A DNA stretch of 55,518 nt from Clostridium sp. (GCA_036720575.1 DAIMMR010000001.1:1-55518); one strand, 5' to 3'; shown: positions 9,827 through 19,612, numbered from the stretch's first letter. The notes: generated from the letters alone by a model not told the origin. Made by a program: numbers and translations.

Positions 9827-10061
9827 TTTATCCGATGACTACCTGCTCTAATACTCCCACACACTCTATGAAAGCGACTGTCACCAAATCAAAGAATTGG
9901 AACATCTGCTTTTTTCGAAGTGTACGTTGCGAGCAGCTACGTCCCTGGATAACGATTTCCCCTAAAGGATAACGCCTTCTAAGTGCTTGAAGCACTAAGA
10001 AACCTGTTAATAAGCATCAGATGGAGTCAAAACTCCATCTGATGCCAAGAACTCTGTTTAT
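9827..10061 (+). mobile_element. family A structured repeat, copy A3 (long variant)
   Basis: TTTAT-CCGATGACTACC start, GCTACGTCCCTGGATAA core, GCATCAGATGGAG/CTCCATCTGATGC hairpin, AAGAACTCTGTTTAT end. Closely matches 16545-16727. Confidence 0.9.
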
Positions 10062-11398
10062 CTATAATTATAAATAGGCTGTCTACCCATTGAAATATAA
10101 TCAAAGGGTTTGTTTAACATATATTTTAGGCTGTATATATTTTTACCGTCAAATATAATTTTATTTTTTAAATTTGGATTTATAATATTAAAGTTTGCTT
10201 CTTTAAATTCAGTCCATTCAGTTAATATTAAAAGTGCATCTGCATTTTTTAATATAGAGTATTTATCTTTGCCATAATATATTTTGTTTCCAAATATATC
10301 AAAGGCTTTTTTCATAGCTTTTGGATCGTAGCAGAAAATATTGACATGTCTTTTTAAAAGTTCATTTATTATAATTATTGCTGGAGATTCCCTGATATCA
10401 TCAGTATCACTTTTAAAAGCTAATCCCCATACTGCAAAAGTTTTGTTAGCTAAATTTTCATTGAAGGTGTTAAAATACTTTATTATCTTTTTTATAAAAG
10501 TTTCTGTCTGATTTTTATTTATTTCTTCTACAGCTTTTAATAAAAGCATAGTATAATTATTTTTATTACCTATTTCTATAAGTGATTTTATATCTTTGGG
10601 AAAACAGGAACCGCCATAGCCTATGCCGCAGTTTAAAAATAGAGGGCCTATTCTTTTGTCCCTTCCCATACCGAGCTTAACATCTTCTATATTTACACCT
10701 AAAATATCACATAGATTGGATATATCATTCATAAAAGATATCCTTGCTGCAAGCATGGCATTGGAAGCGTATTTTGTCATTTCAGCAGCAGCGTTAGACA
10801 TACATATAATTTTATTTTCTGAAACTATATTTGAGTATAAGTCTTTCATTATACGTTTTGCACTGTCATTTGAAGATCCTATTATTACTCTATCTGGGTT
10901 TATGAAATCATTTATTCCGCTGCCTTCTCTTAAAAATTCAGGATTAGATACTACGTCAAAGTCTGCTTTAATATTTCTAAGTGCTAGTTCATCTTTTATT
11001 ATTTCCTTAATTTTAGAAAATGTTCCTACAGGAACTGTAGATTTATTTACGATAATTTTGTAATCTTCAATATATTTACCTATATTTTTTGCAGCTAAAA
11101 ATACATTACTTAAATCAGTACTGTTATCATTGGCAGATGGAGTTCCTACAGCTATAAATATAATATCTGAATTTTTTACAGCAAGTTTAATATCCGTTGT
11201 GAATTTTAAATTATCATTATGCATATTATCTAGAATGATTTTCTCTAAACCGGGCTCATAAATTGATATATTGCCTTCTTTTAAAGCTTTTATTTTTTCC
11301 TTATCAATATCAACACAAACAACAAAGTTACCTTTATTGGCAAAACAGGTTCCAGTTACTAATCCAACATAACCGGTGCCTATAACGGATATTTTCAT
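10058..11398 (-). CDS. ugd: UDP-glucose/GDP-mannose 6-dehydrogenase
   Basis: 'GTGYVG' Rossmann motif, 'KSTVPVG', 'SNPEFLREG', catalytic 'GGSCFPKD' and 'GLAFK..TDD.RESP'. Confidence 0.95.
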   Translation of the reverse strand: MKISVIGTGYVGLVTGTCFANKGNFVVCVDIDKEKIKALKEGNISIYEPGLEKIILDNMHNDNLKFTTDIKLAVKNSDIIFIAVGTPSANDNSTDLSNVFLAAKNIGKYIEDYKIIVNKSTVPVGTFSKIKEIIKDELALRNIKADFDVVSNPEFLREGSGINDFINPDRVIIGSSNDSAKRIMKDLYSNIVSENKIICMSNAAAEMTKYASNAMLAARISFMNDISNLCDILGVNIEDVKLGMGRDKRIGPLFLNCGIGYGGSCFPKDIKSLIEIGNKNNYTMLLLKAVEEINKNQTETFIKKIIKYFNTFNENLANKTFAVWGLAFKSDTDDIRESPAIIIINELLKRHVNIFCYDPKAMKKAFDIFGNKIYYGKDKYSILKNADALLILTEWTEFKEANFNIINPNLKNKIIFDGKNIYSLKYMLNKPFDYISMGRQPIYNYR

Positions 11399-11443
11399 AA
11401 CTAATTCCTCCAGTAGAACAACTTTTGATTTAAAGTTTTCTTA

Positions 11444-11527
11444 TATTAAAATATGCATAAGAATTGAATTAGTTAGTAAAAGTTCCGCACTATAGCCGCG
11501 CAATTGAATATAGTATAATAGAAATTT
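11444..11527. promoter_or_regulatory. divergent SigK-like promoter cassette, copy 1
   Basis: ~84-bp near-duplicate of 13725-13808. AC-N16-CATAtttTA on the minus strand and CAC-N16-aATAtagTA on the plus strand. Confidence 0.6.
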
Positions 11528-11553
11528 AATTCCATAGAGAAAGAAAACGTATA

Positions 11554-11971
11554 GTAGAGCAGATAGTTAATGAAAAGGCTTTACTTGAAAAATGGGTACT
11601 GAAGATTTGTTGTTAAGTATATTGATTTTACAGGTTGTTCAAGACTTGATTGTAATGAGATATATGGAGGGATTAATGTAGTTTCCCGTAAATGTTTTGA
11701 AAAAATCGGAGGATTTGATGAGAATTTTAAAGGCTGGAGAGAGGAAGATGATGCTTTTCAAAGAGCAATGGACACCATATGTAGACCTTATGGGAGAATA
11801 GCAACTAATATGTGGCATATGTATCATCACCCAAGTCCGTATAAATTTCACCACAAAAAAATTTTAAAGATTCTTGACAAATTTTATGGTAATAAGAATG
11901 CTATAATAAGCCATTTGAATAAAAAACAATTTTATATAATGTCTATATTTTTTAGGAGGCATATATGTTAG
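11554..11971 (+). pseudogene. 5'-deleted GT2/GT7C glycosyltransferase fragment, possibly fused to the first codons of a family-II GT2
   Basis: The startless frame 11603-11971 reads 'IDFTGC...YGGINVVSRKCFEKIGGFDENFKGWREEDDAF...MWHMYH', paralogous to the N-domain of 7802-9403. 11554-11592 reads 'VEQIVNEKALLEK', like family-II N-termini. Confidence 0.75.
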
Positions 11972-12729
11972 AAAAGATAGCAGCAGAAAAGAATTTGATA
12001 AAAAAAATTAGAGAGAAGTGTACTAAAACTTCAAATCTAGGGGTGTCTGTTATAACTGCTACTAATAAATATAAGTATATGGATAATATATTCATGAACT
12101 ATGCAGCATTTAATTATCAATGTAAACAACTCATAATTGTTTTAAATAATAATAATTTAGATATAAAAAGTTATAAGATGAGGGCTAGAAATTTAAGAAA
12201 TGTAGAAGTATTTCAAGTAGATGAAAAGGTTACTCTAGGTGAATGTTTGAATTTTGCTGTGGAAAGATCAAAATATGATTATATATCTAAAATGGATGAT
12301 GATGATTATTACGGAAGTAATTATCTTATAGATTTAATGAATGCATTTAAATATACAAATGCACAGGTTATTGGCAAAACTTCTATTTTTATATATTTTA
12401 AAGATTATAATAAACTTGGAGTTCTTTCTCCTGGATATGAAAATAAATATGTATATGAAAATATAGCAGGAGGTACTTTAACATTTAAAAGAGAAATATT
12501 AAAAAAGGTGAAATTCGAAAACTTGAATAGCTCAGAAGATACTAATTTTTTAAGGGACTGTAATTCCTGTGGAATAAGGATGTTTTCTTCCGATAAGTTT
12601 AATTATGTTTATATTAAACATGAAAATTTAAATGAACACACTTGGAAAATAAGTACAAAAGAACTTATGAAGTATTGTAGTAAATATTTTTTGGCTACTA
12701 GAGATTTTACTGAATTTGTAACAATATAA
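11965..12729 (+). CDS. GT2 family glycosyltransferase (paralog family II)
   Basis: 'GVSVIT', 'TLGECLN', 'YISKMDDDDYYG', 'GGTL.F' and 'HTW' motifs; AGGAGG RBS. Confidence 0.88.
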   Translation: MLEKIAAEKNLIKKIREKCTKTSNLGVSVITATNKYKYMDNIFMNYAAFNYQCKQLIIVLNNNNLDIKSYKMRARNLRNVEVFQVDEKVTLGECLNFAVERSKYDYISKMDDDDYYGSNYLIDLMNAFKYTNAQVIGKTSIFIYFKDYNKLGVLSPGYENKYVYENIAGGTLTFKREILKKVKFENLNSSEDTNFLRDCNSCGIRMFSSDKFNYVYIKHENLNEHTWKISTKELMKYCSKYFLATRDFTEFVTI

Positions 12730-12734
12730 ATGAA

Positions 12735-12772
12735 AAGACCTATAGACAATCAAGTTATAGGTCTTGCTTTTT
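12735..12772. terminator. terminator between convergent GT genes
   Basis: AAGACCTATA / TATAGGTCTT stem. Confidence 0.6.
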
Positions 12773-12776
12773 AGGC

Positions 12777-13694
12777 TTAAAAATCAATGCTAAATTTTTT
12801 AAAAAAGAAATCATCTTCATATTTACGTTCTTCAAAATATAGTTTTCTATGGGCATAAATTAAATCTATATTTGATTTTATATTTTTTGAAGCACTATAA
12901 AAATAGTATTTACTTTTTAAAAGTTCAATTGTTTTAATAATCCTTTCTTTCTTAAAGTGAAAATAACAAAGACACAGCAGGTTATAAATTAAATTTGAAT
13001 AGGTTATTTCATAAGAATGTTTTTGTTTAAAAAGATGGCTGACTTTCACATTTGGATTAATTGTAATTTTATAACCATAAAGCCATGCCTTTAAACATAT
13101 TTCAAAATCTTCACTACCGTAAACTTTAAAAGTTTTATCAAAACCATGTATTTTATCAAAGACTTTTTTAGTTATAACAAAAGCACAGCCGCAGGCAAAT
13201 GGAATTTCAGTTATGAAAATTGGATTTGATTCTAACCATCTAGGTTCAAGATTACTACTCCATGTCATACCATAACCAGATGTTAAATTGTTATGTATGT
13301 CTAAGATACAAGGTGCTGCTAGATCACAATTAGAAACCTTTAGGGTACTCACTAGATTGTCTAGCCAGTGGTCAGGAACTTTTATATGAGCGTCACAGAA
13401 AAACAAAAATTTGCCATTAGCTATTTTTGCACCAGCATTTCTTGCCTGGGCTGCTCCTACATTATCTGTTTTAGTTAAAAGAACATCTTTATAGATGGAT
13501 TTGTTTAAATTTGAACTTAAAAATTGAGTGCTTGAGTCACTAGAAGCATCATCTACTACTATGATTTCAAAGCTAAGAAAATTGTTAGATTTTAAAATGG
13601 AGTCCAATGTCCATTTTAAGTTAATTGCTTCATTTTTGCAGGGGATGATTATAGAAACATCTACTTTATCGTTATATGAAATTTTTTCTTTCAC
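12777..13694 (-). CDS. GT2 family glycosyltransferase (paralog family I)
   Basis: Close paralog of 6841-7758 ('VSIIIPCKNE', 'FCDAH', 'ACGCAF'). Confidence 0.9.
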   Translation of the reverse strand: MKEKISYNDKVDVSIIIPCKNEAINLKWTLDSILKSNNFLSFEIIVVDDASSDSSTQFLSSNLNKSIYKDVLLTKTDNVGAAQARNAGAKIANGKFLFFCDAHIKVPDHWLDNLVSTLKVSNCDLAAPCILDIHNNLTSGYGMTWSSNLEPRWLESNPIFITEIPFACGCAFVITKKVFDKIHGFDKTFKVYGSEDFEICLKAWLYGYKITINPNVKVSHLFKQKHSYEITYSNLIYNLLCLCYFHFKKERIIKTIELLKSKYYFYSASKNIKSNIDLIYAHRKLYFEERKYEDDFFFKKFSIDF

Positions 13695-13724
13695 TAATGT
13701 ACACTCCTTTTATAAAGCTTCCAC

Positions 13725-13808
13725 TATTAAACTATGCATGAAAATTGAATTAGTTAGTAAAAGTTTTGCACTATAGATATTTAATTGAATATATTATATT
13801 AGAAATTT
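13725..13808. promoter_or_regulatory. divergent SigK-like promoter cassette, copy 2
   Basis: AC-N16-CATAGTTTA on the minus strand and CAC-N16-aATATATTA on the plus strand; near-duplicate of 11444-11527. Confidence 0.6.
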
Positions 13809-13834
13809 TATTTTATAAGAGGAGATGAGGTGCA

Positions 13835-14596
13835 GTGGAAAAAGTATTTGAAGATAGGTCCTGGGTTAAAAAGATTAGACAAAAATACAGTAAAGACCCT
13901 AAAGAAGGAGTCTCTATTATTGTAGTTACTAATAAACTTCAATGTAAGGATAATATATTTTCTAATTATAGAAGGCTTAAGTACCCATGTATGGAGTTAA
14001 TAATAATATTAAATGACAATAAGTTAAAAATAGAGAGTTATAAAATTAAATTTTGGCGCCTAAATAATGTACGGGTATTCCAATTGGATGAAAGCTGTAC
14101 TCTTGGAGAATGTTTAAATTTTGGAATAGAACAATCAAAGTATGATTATATATCTAAAATGGATGATGACGATTATTATGGAGTTAATTACTTTACAGAT
14201 CTTATGAATGTATTTAAATATACAGATACCCAGGTTACAGGAAAATTTTCGCGCTTTATATATTTTAAAGAAAGCAGCTTGTTAGCTATTTTTTCACCGC
14301 ACTTTGAAAATAAGTATGTGCCTGGTGTAGCAGGGGGTACTATAACTTTTAAAAAAGAAATATTTAATAAAATTAAATTTAGATGCTTATATGGTGCTGG
14401 AACGGATATTTCTTTTTTCGAAGATTGCAGTAACATTGGTATAAAGATATTTTCTGCTGACAAATATAATTATGTCTATGTTAGAAACAAGAACTTAGAT
14501 GAACATACTTGGAAAATAGGCGATGAGGAGATCATGGAATCTTACTGCGAAAAAGTTATTAATACTAAATATTATATTCCCTTCATTATAGCATAG
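13835..14596 (+). CDS. GT2 family glycosyltransferase (paralog family II)
   Basis: 'TLGECLNFG', 'YISKMDDDDYYG' and 'HTWK' motifs. Confidence 0.88.
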   Translation: MEKVFEDRSWVKKIRQKYSKDPKEGVSIIVVTNKLQCKDNIFSNYRRLKYPCMELIIILNDNKLKIESYKIKFWRLNNVRVFQLDESCTLGECLNFGIEQSKYDYISKMDDDDYYGVNYFTDLMNVFKYTDTQVTGKFSRFIYFKESSLLAIFSPHFENKYVPGVAGGTITFKKEIFNKIKFRCLYGAGTDISFFEDCSNIGIKIFSADKYNYVYVRNKNLDEHTWKIGDEEIMESYCEKVINTKYYIPFIIA

Positions 14597-14678
14597 AGTT
14601 AGATAACTCGTATAAACATAATTATGTTCATAAATATATTATTTTTATACAAATTTGAATTTTTTATGGGAGGTAAGT

Positions 14679-15440
14679 ATGTTACAAAAAATAGCAATGG
14701 AAAAGATATTAGTAAAGTCTATTAGAGAAAAGTTGAGTAAAACTTTCCAGCCGGGGGTTTCTATTATCACGCCTACAAATAAACTTCAAAATATAGATAA
14801 TATATTTCTTAATTATGTGAGACTAAATTATAAGAACAAGGAATTAATAATAGTTTTAAATAACAACAATTTGGATATAAAAGATTATGAAGCAAAAGCT
14901 AGATCTTTAAAAGAGATAAGAATATTTCAAGTAGATGAGAACTGCACGTTAGGAGAATGTTTAAATTATGGAATAGAGAAATCAAAGTATGATCATATAT
15001 CTAAAATGGATGATGACGATTATTATGGAGTGAATTACCTTACAGACCTTATGAACGTATTTAAGTATACAGACGCTCAAATTACGGGAAAATGTTCTCG
15101 TTTTATATATTTTAAAGAAAATAATGAACTAGGTATTTTTTTACCAAACTTTGAAAACCAGTTTACACGTACTGTGGCAGGAGGTACTATATTATTTAAA
15201 AAAAAGATATTTGAAAAAGTAAAATTTAAAAACGTAACTGTTGGAGAAGATAATTTCTTTTTAGAGGATTGCCTTAAAGCTGGAATAAAAATGTTTTCTG
15301 CTGATAAGTATAATTATGTTTATATGAGAAATAAAAATTTAAATGATCATACTTGGAGAATAAGCCAAAAATGTTTATTTGAAGAGTATGTTAAAAGTTT
15401 TTTAAATACCCCTAATTTTATTAGTATTGTAACAGTGTAA
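14679..15440 (+). CDS. GT2 family glycosyltransferase (paralog family II)
   Basis: Same motifs. GGGAGG RBS before ATG 14679 gives 253 aa. Confidence 0.88.
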   Translation: MLQKIAMEKILVKSIREKLSKTFQPGVSIITPTNKLQNIDNIFLNYVRLNYKNKELIIVLNNNNLDIKDYEAKARSLKEIRIFQVDENCTLGECLNYGIEKSKYDHISKMDDDDYYGVNYLTDLMNVFKYTDAQITGKCSRFIYFKENNELGIFLPNFENQFTRTVAGGTILFKKKIFEKVKFKNVTVGEDNFFLEDCLKAGIKMFSADKYNYVYMRNKNLNDHTWRISQKCLFEEYVKSFLNTPNFISIVTV

Positions 15441-15491
15441 AAGTAAAAAGGCACCAATAATATTCAAAAATATTACTTGTTTTATTAAAAT

Positions 15492-16481
15492 ATGCAAGGA
15501 GAATATGTGATGAAAATATTAGTTTCAGAAGATGGACCTTTTTTAAAATATGGATTTACAGAAGCTCTACAAAATTATGGTATAGATGTTAGACATACGC
15601 AGCTATATAAAAGTATTAATGAAGGTTCTATGCTGCCATTTATAGAGGAAATTAAGGAATATAAACCAGATTTGTTTTTAAATCCTGGGACAACCATTAA
15701 AAAGAACTTTAACAAAGTAATTTTTTGCCTAAACAAACTTAATGTGCCTTATGTATATTGGGCTATAGATGATCCTATTGAATTTTTCACTTATTCAATA
15801 GAGAATGGGAAAAATGCAGCATTACTGCTTACACCTGCTGTGGAATGTATACCTTTCTATAAAAAGCTAGGAATAAATGTGTCTTTTGCTCCCTTTGCTT
15901 GCAATAAAAGATACCATTATAAGGGAAAGTATAACCCTAAATACGACTATGACATCATATTTATAGGTAATAATTATAAATATGATCAGCGTACTAAAGG
16001 AATTTATAAGATTTTAAATCCACTAATAGAGAGAAACTATAATATAAAGGTATTTGGCTGCAACTGGTTTGAGGAAGGATATCCTTATGTACTGCCGGAT
16101 GAGAAATTTTATGGAGGATACTGCTATTATAATGAGGTACCAGATGCCTGCGCCACTGCTAAAATTGTACTGGGAATTCATTCTGTAACAAATTCAAAAA
16201 CTATGATGAGTATGCGTACTTTTGAAGTGCTTGGCTGTCAGGGGTTTTATCTTTCTCAATATGCAAAAGCGCTGGAATACAATTTTACAAATGGAGTGCA
16301 TCTAGTATGGAGCGATGATGCTGAAACTACTTTAAGGTTAGTAGACACCTATTTAAAGGATGCAGAATCAAGAGATAAAATAGCTAAACTTGGACAGAAA
16401 CGATGCTATGCTAATTATAATTACGATAACATGGTTGATCGCTTTGTAAAAGAATTATATAAGTACAAGGTGGTAAAATAA
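15492..16481 (+). CDS. CgeB-like spore glycosyltransferase (GT-B)
   Basis: 'YWAIDDP', 'YDIIFIGN', 'SMRTFEVLGCQGF' and 'R.KIA..GQ' are typical of the CgeB family. Start may be 15510. Confidence 0.8.
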   Translation: MQGEYVMKILVSEDGPFLKYGFTEALQNYGIDVRHTQLYKSINEGSMLPFIEEIKEYKPDLFLNPGTTIKKNFNKVIFCLNKLNVPYVYWAIDDPIEFFTYSIENGKNAALLLTPAVECIPFYKKLGINVSFAPFACNKRYHYKGKYNPKYDYDIIFIGNNYKYDQRTKGIYKILNPLIERNYNIKVFGCNWFEEGYPYVLPDEKFYGGYCYYNEVPDACATAKIVLGIHSVTNSKTMMSMRTFEVLGCQGFYLSQYAKALEYNFTNGVHLVWSDDAETTLRLVDTYLKDAESRDKIAKLGQKRCYANYNYDNMVDRFVKELYKYKVVK

Positions 16482-16544
16482 CCTTAAATTGTAAAATATT
16501 AAAAAAGATGATTTCTGGATACAGAAGTCCCTTTTTTAATGCTA

Positions 16545-16727
16545 TTTATCCGATAACCACCCACTCTAATACTCCCACTTCTCCAAGCGTACGTTGTGAG
16601 TGGCTACGTCCCTGGATAACGATTTCCCCTAAAGGATAACGCCTTCTAAGTGCTGAAGCACTTAGAAGCCTGTTAATAAGCATCAGGTGAAGTTAAAACT
16701 TCGTCTGATGCTAAGAACTCTGTTTAT
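16545..16727 (+). mobile_element. family A structured repeat, copy A4
   Basis: TTTAT-CCGATAACCACC start, GCTACGTCCCTGGATAA core, AAGAACTCTGTTTAT end. Equivalent to A3 minus one internal hairpin module. Confidence 0.9.
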
Positions 16728-16729
16728 GT

Positions 16730-17194
16730 CTATAGTTGTTGTATTATGTTATATAGTAATTCATGTAATCTAGATAGCATGTGTTCTTTTTCTTTTATTA
16801 TTTTTAACAAGGAGTTGATTTTTTTATCCATCTCTTTATGCAAAGTATCTTTTTCATATCTTAAGTTACTTATTTTTTTTTCATAATCGTAAATAATTTT
16901 GAATTTTTCTTGTCTTACTGAGATTTGGTTGATTTTAAGACCATGGATCTTATTTTCATATTTATCAATAGAGTTTTCCAGTTCGTTTACTTTATCAGTT
17001 AAATTTGAATTTACTTCCTCAGTATATGAAATAAGGTTATTTTTTGATTTTATTTCATTTATTAAGGATTGTATGTAGCTATCTTTAATTTTAGTAAGGT
17101 TAATGTAATCTACATAGTTTTTTATAGGAATATCATCAGTTAAGGCGAGTAAATCTAGAAAATTAATAACATAAGTTTTTTTATTACAATACAT
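16730..17194 (-). CDS. hypothetical coiled-coil protein
   Basis: 154-aa ORF with AGGA RBS; heptad-rich. Confidence 0.55.
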   Translation of the reverse strand: MYCNKKTYVINFLDLLALTDDIPIKNYVDYINLTKIKDSYIQSLINEIKSKNNLISYTEEVNSNLTDKVNELENSIDKYENKIHGLKINQISVRQEKFKIIYDYEKKISNLRYEKDTLHKEMDKKINSLLKIIKEKEHMLSRLHELLYNIIQQL

Positions 17195-17273
17195 AAACTG
17201 TCCTACTTTAGATATAATTTATTTACTTTATTTATATAGCGTCCTAGATAATATTATGACAGTTTATATTAAT

Positions 17274-17521
17274 TATTCAACTTTCACACATATAAAATTT
17301 TGACTTAACATAAAAATATTGCGAAGCAAAGCTTTTGAAAAGAACAAAGTTCAAATAACAAAGAACAGATAAAGATGATTTCCCTCATACCTCAGGAAAT
17401 CTATAATTTTAATATTTTCGGACGTTAGGAAGAAAATTATCCTTATTTGATATTTGAACTTTGAACTTTGTTGTTTAAAAATATTACTTCGCAAAGTTTT
17501 TAAACTGCTAAAGTTGAGTTA
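17274..17521 (+). mobile_element. family B MITE-like repeat, copy B2
   Basis: Ends TATTCAACTTT / AAAGTTGAGTTA, shared left segment, and heptamer arms (AGAACAA/AGTTCAA versus TTGAACT). Confidence 0.85.
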
Positions 17522-17626
17522 ATTATTTGCAGGGTAAATAAAATGAGAAAAGAAAGGTTAAAGTTGAATTGAAAATTGATTATATGAAAGTATTCATTTG
17601 GTAGTTATATGTAGTAAGGATAAACC

Positions 17627-17676
17627 TTGTATAGTCTATTCTATTTTTAAAATAAAAATAGAATAGGGTATACAAA
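17627..17676. terminator. long hairpin after small ORF
   Basis: TTGTATAGTCTATTCTATTTTTA / TAAAAATAGAATAGGGTATACAA. Confidence 0.6.
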
Positions 17677-17677
17677 G

Positions 17678-17809
17678 TTATTTCACTTGTTTTTTACTTT
17701 TATTATGTGATGCAGTTTCTTTTTCAATAATATCTAGAGATTCAGATAGACATTCTTCAATAACATCAGAAGTTATTAATATTGATTCCTTATCTTTTAG
17801 TTTATTCAA
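17678..17809 (-). CDS. small protein, 43 aa (absent from ORF track)
   Basis: TTG start after AAGGGG; MNKLKDKESILITSDVIEECLSESLDIIEKETASHNKSKKQVK; a hairpin follows the stop directly. Confidence 0.5.
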   Translation of the reverse strand: MNKLKDKESILITSDVIEECLSESLDIIEKETASHNKSKKQVK

Positions 17810-18229
17810 AGCTACCAACCCCTTTCGTTTTTATTATTATATACTCATAAAAATGAAATGTCAATTAAAATTATGGCTAAAATTAAAAGATTTTTATATT
17901 GTAAAATTAAAATTCAGAATTTAATGAATTTTCATATTAAATGTACAAGCTACTATGTTTTAAAGAGATTTGAAATAAAAACTCTACTTTTCTATTGAAG
18001 AATATAAATAAATTTGCAAAAAAAGTATTGCTTGAAATTTATTTATATGAATTTTTATGAAATTTCACATAACATTAAATGTCAATAAATTACTATGAGT
18101 AAATTGAACATATATGAAAATTTTTTTGTAAATATTGTATAAAATATGTTAATATAATTATAAATAAGTCGATTATCTAAAATATAAACATAAAGAAATA
18201 CTATTTAAATTATGAAAGTTGGTGGCATT

Positions 18230-19105
18230 ATGAAAGATGTTAAAATAGTAGTTGTGGATGATTCACCTTTTTCCATTGCGTTACTTAGAGATATGCTTAC
18301 TGATAACGGATTTGATGTCGTTGGTGAAGCTACTTCTCTTGAGGAGACCATTGAAGTTGTAGGTAAATTAAGACCAGATATTGTAACCATGGATATGACT
18401 ATACCTGGGACAGATGGTATTGAATGTACTAAAGCAATTCATTCCATAGATCCAAACATAAATGTTATAATAGTAAGTTCCATGATGGATGATGAAATAG
18501 TTAAAAAAGCCAAAAAAAATCATGCTTGTGGATATATTCAAAAGCCTGTTGATCCTGAAGAACTTACCTTATTGATAAATAGAATAATGGCGGATGATGA
18601 ATTGTTTAAAAAACTTGATGAAGTTTATTATAAGGTTTACAAAGAATCCTTTATGGATGTTTTTAATAAATTAATGAAAACAGTCCCAAAGTTTGGCGAA
18701 GAAAGTAGTTCTGACATAGAGTTAGTGTCTAGGGGAATATCAATTGTTATGGGTATTATAGGTAAGTATTCAGGAAGAATGTTACTAGATATGTCTTATG
18801 ATACTGCAGAGAAACTTTCTGAATTTGCATTAAGGAGAAAGTCTAAAGATGCAGAGGAAATGTTAAACATTATGGGAGAAATTTGCAACATGGTAGCAGG
18901 AAACGCATCCTCTGTACTCAATAGAAAAGATAAATTGTTAGGACTGCGTGTAGCACCTCCAAGTATATTTTATGGAAATTCCATAAATATATCTAAAGCG
19001 GAATTAGATACAACTACATCTTCTGTAGCTAATACTGAATTTGGTGAGATCTATGTAAATGTAGGATTTCAAAGGAGGTCTGGAGAATGGATGTCAAATA
19101 TATAA
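18230..19105 (+). CDS. response regulator receiver fused to a CheX/CheC-like domain
   Basis: Receiver motifs 'VVVDDS', 'TMDMTIP' and 'YIQKP'; C-domain 'GIIGKYSGR' and 'GEICNMVAGN'. Confidence 0.85.
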   Translation: MKDVKIVVVDDSPFSIALLRDMLTDNGFDVVGEATSLEETIEVVGKLRPDIVTMDMTIPGTDGIECTKAIHSIDPNINVIIVSSMMDDEIVKKAKKNHACGYIQKPVDPEELTLLINRIMADDELFKKLDEVYYKVYKESFMDVFNKLMKTVPKFGEESSSDIELVSRGISIVMGIIGKYSGRMLLDMSYDTAEKLSEFALRRKSKDAEEMLNIMGEICNMVAGNASSVLNRKDKLLGLRVAPPSIFYGNSINISKAELDTTTSSVANTEFGEIYVNVGFQRRSGEWMSNI

Positions 19106-19551
19106 ATCCATTTTTTGATGCATTTTTAAATGTCATGCCTGAACTTGGAATAAATGATATAAAAAGAGGAAAGATTAGTCTTAGGGGAAAGACTATACAA
19201 AGTCTTGGAGTCTTAGTTATTATTGGAATTGTAGGGGATTTGAAAGGAAATATCATATATGAAACTACTATAGAGGATGCAAAAGCTATAGCCTCTAAGA
19301 TGATGATGGGAGCTCCAGTCAAAGAATTGGATGAAATGGCACAAAGTGCAATTGAAGAGCTTACAAATATGCTTACTGCCAATGCATCCACATCATTTTC
19401 AAATGAAGGTATTAGAATAGATATATCAACCCCTACGTTAATGTATGGAAATTTTAAAGCTTCATCAAATGCAGATAAGACTATATGTGTAGAAATGATT
19501 TTAGATGGTCTTAAGTTTCAAGTAAATGTTGCAATAGAAAAATGTAAGTAA
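19087..19551 (+). CDS. cheX: chemotaxis phosphatase CheX family protein
   Basis: 'MDVKYINPF', 'IGIVGDLKG', 'SAIEELTNMLTAN' (ExxN) and 'ISTP' motifs. Confidence 0.85.
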   Translation: MDVKYINPFFDAFLNVMPELGINDIKRGKISLRGKTIQSLGVLVIIGIVGDLKGNIIYETTIEDAKAIASKMMMGAPVKELDEMAQSAIEELTNMLTANASTSFSNEGIRIDISTPTLMYGNFKASSNADKTICVEMILDGLKFQVNVAIEKCK

Positions 19552-19582
19552 AAAACTGCTTGTTTAATTTTTAAAATTTATG

Positions 19583-19612
19583 AAGTGGAGAACGTATTTT
19601 TATTCTCCACTT
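19583..19612. terminator. bidirectional terminator
   Basis: AAGTGGAGAA / TTCTCCACTT between convergent genes. Confidence 0.7.
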
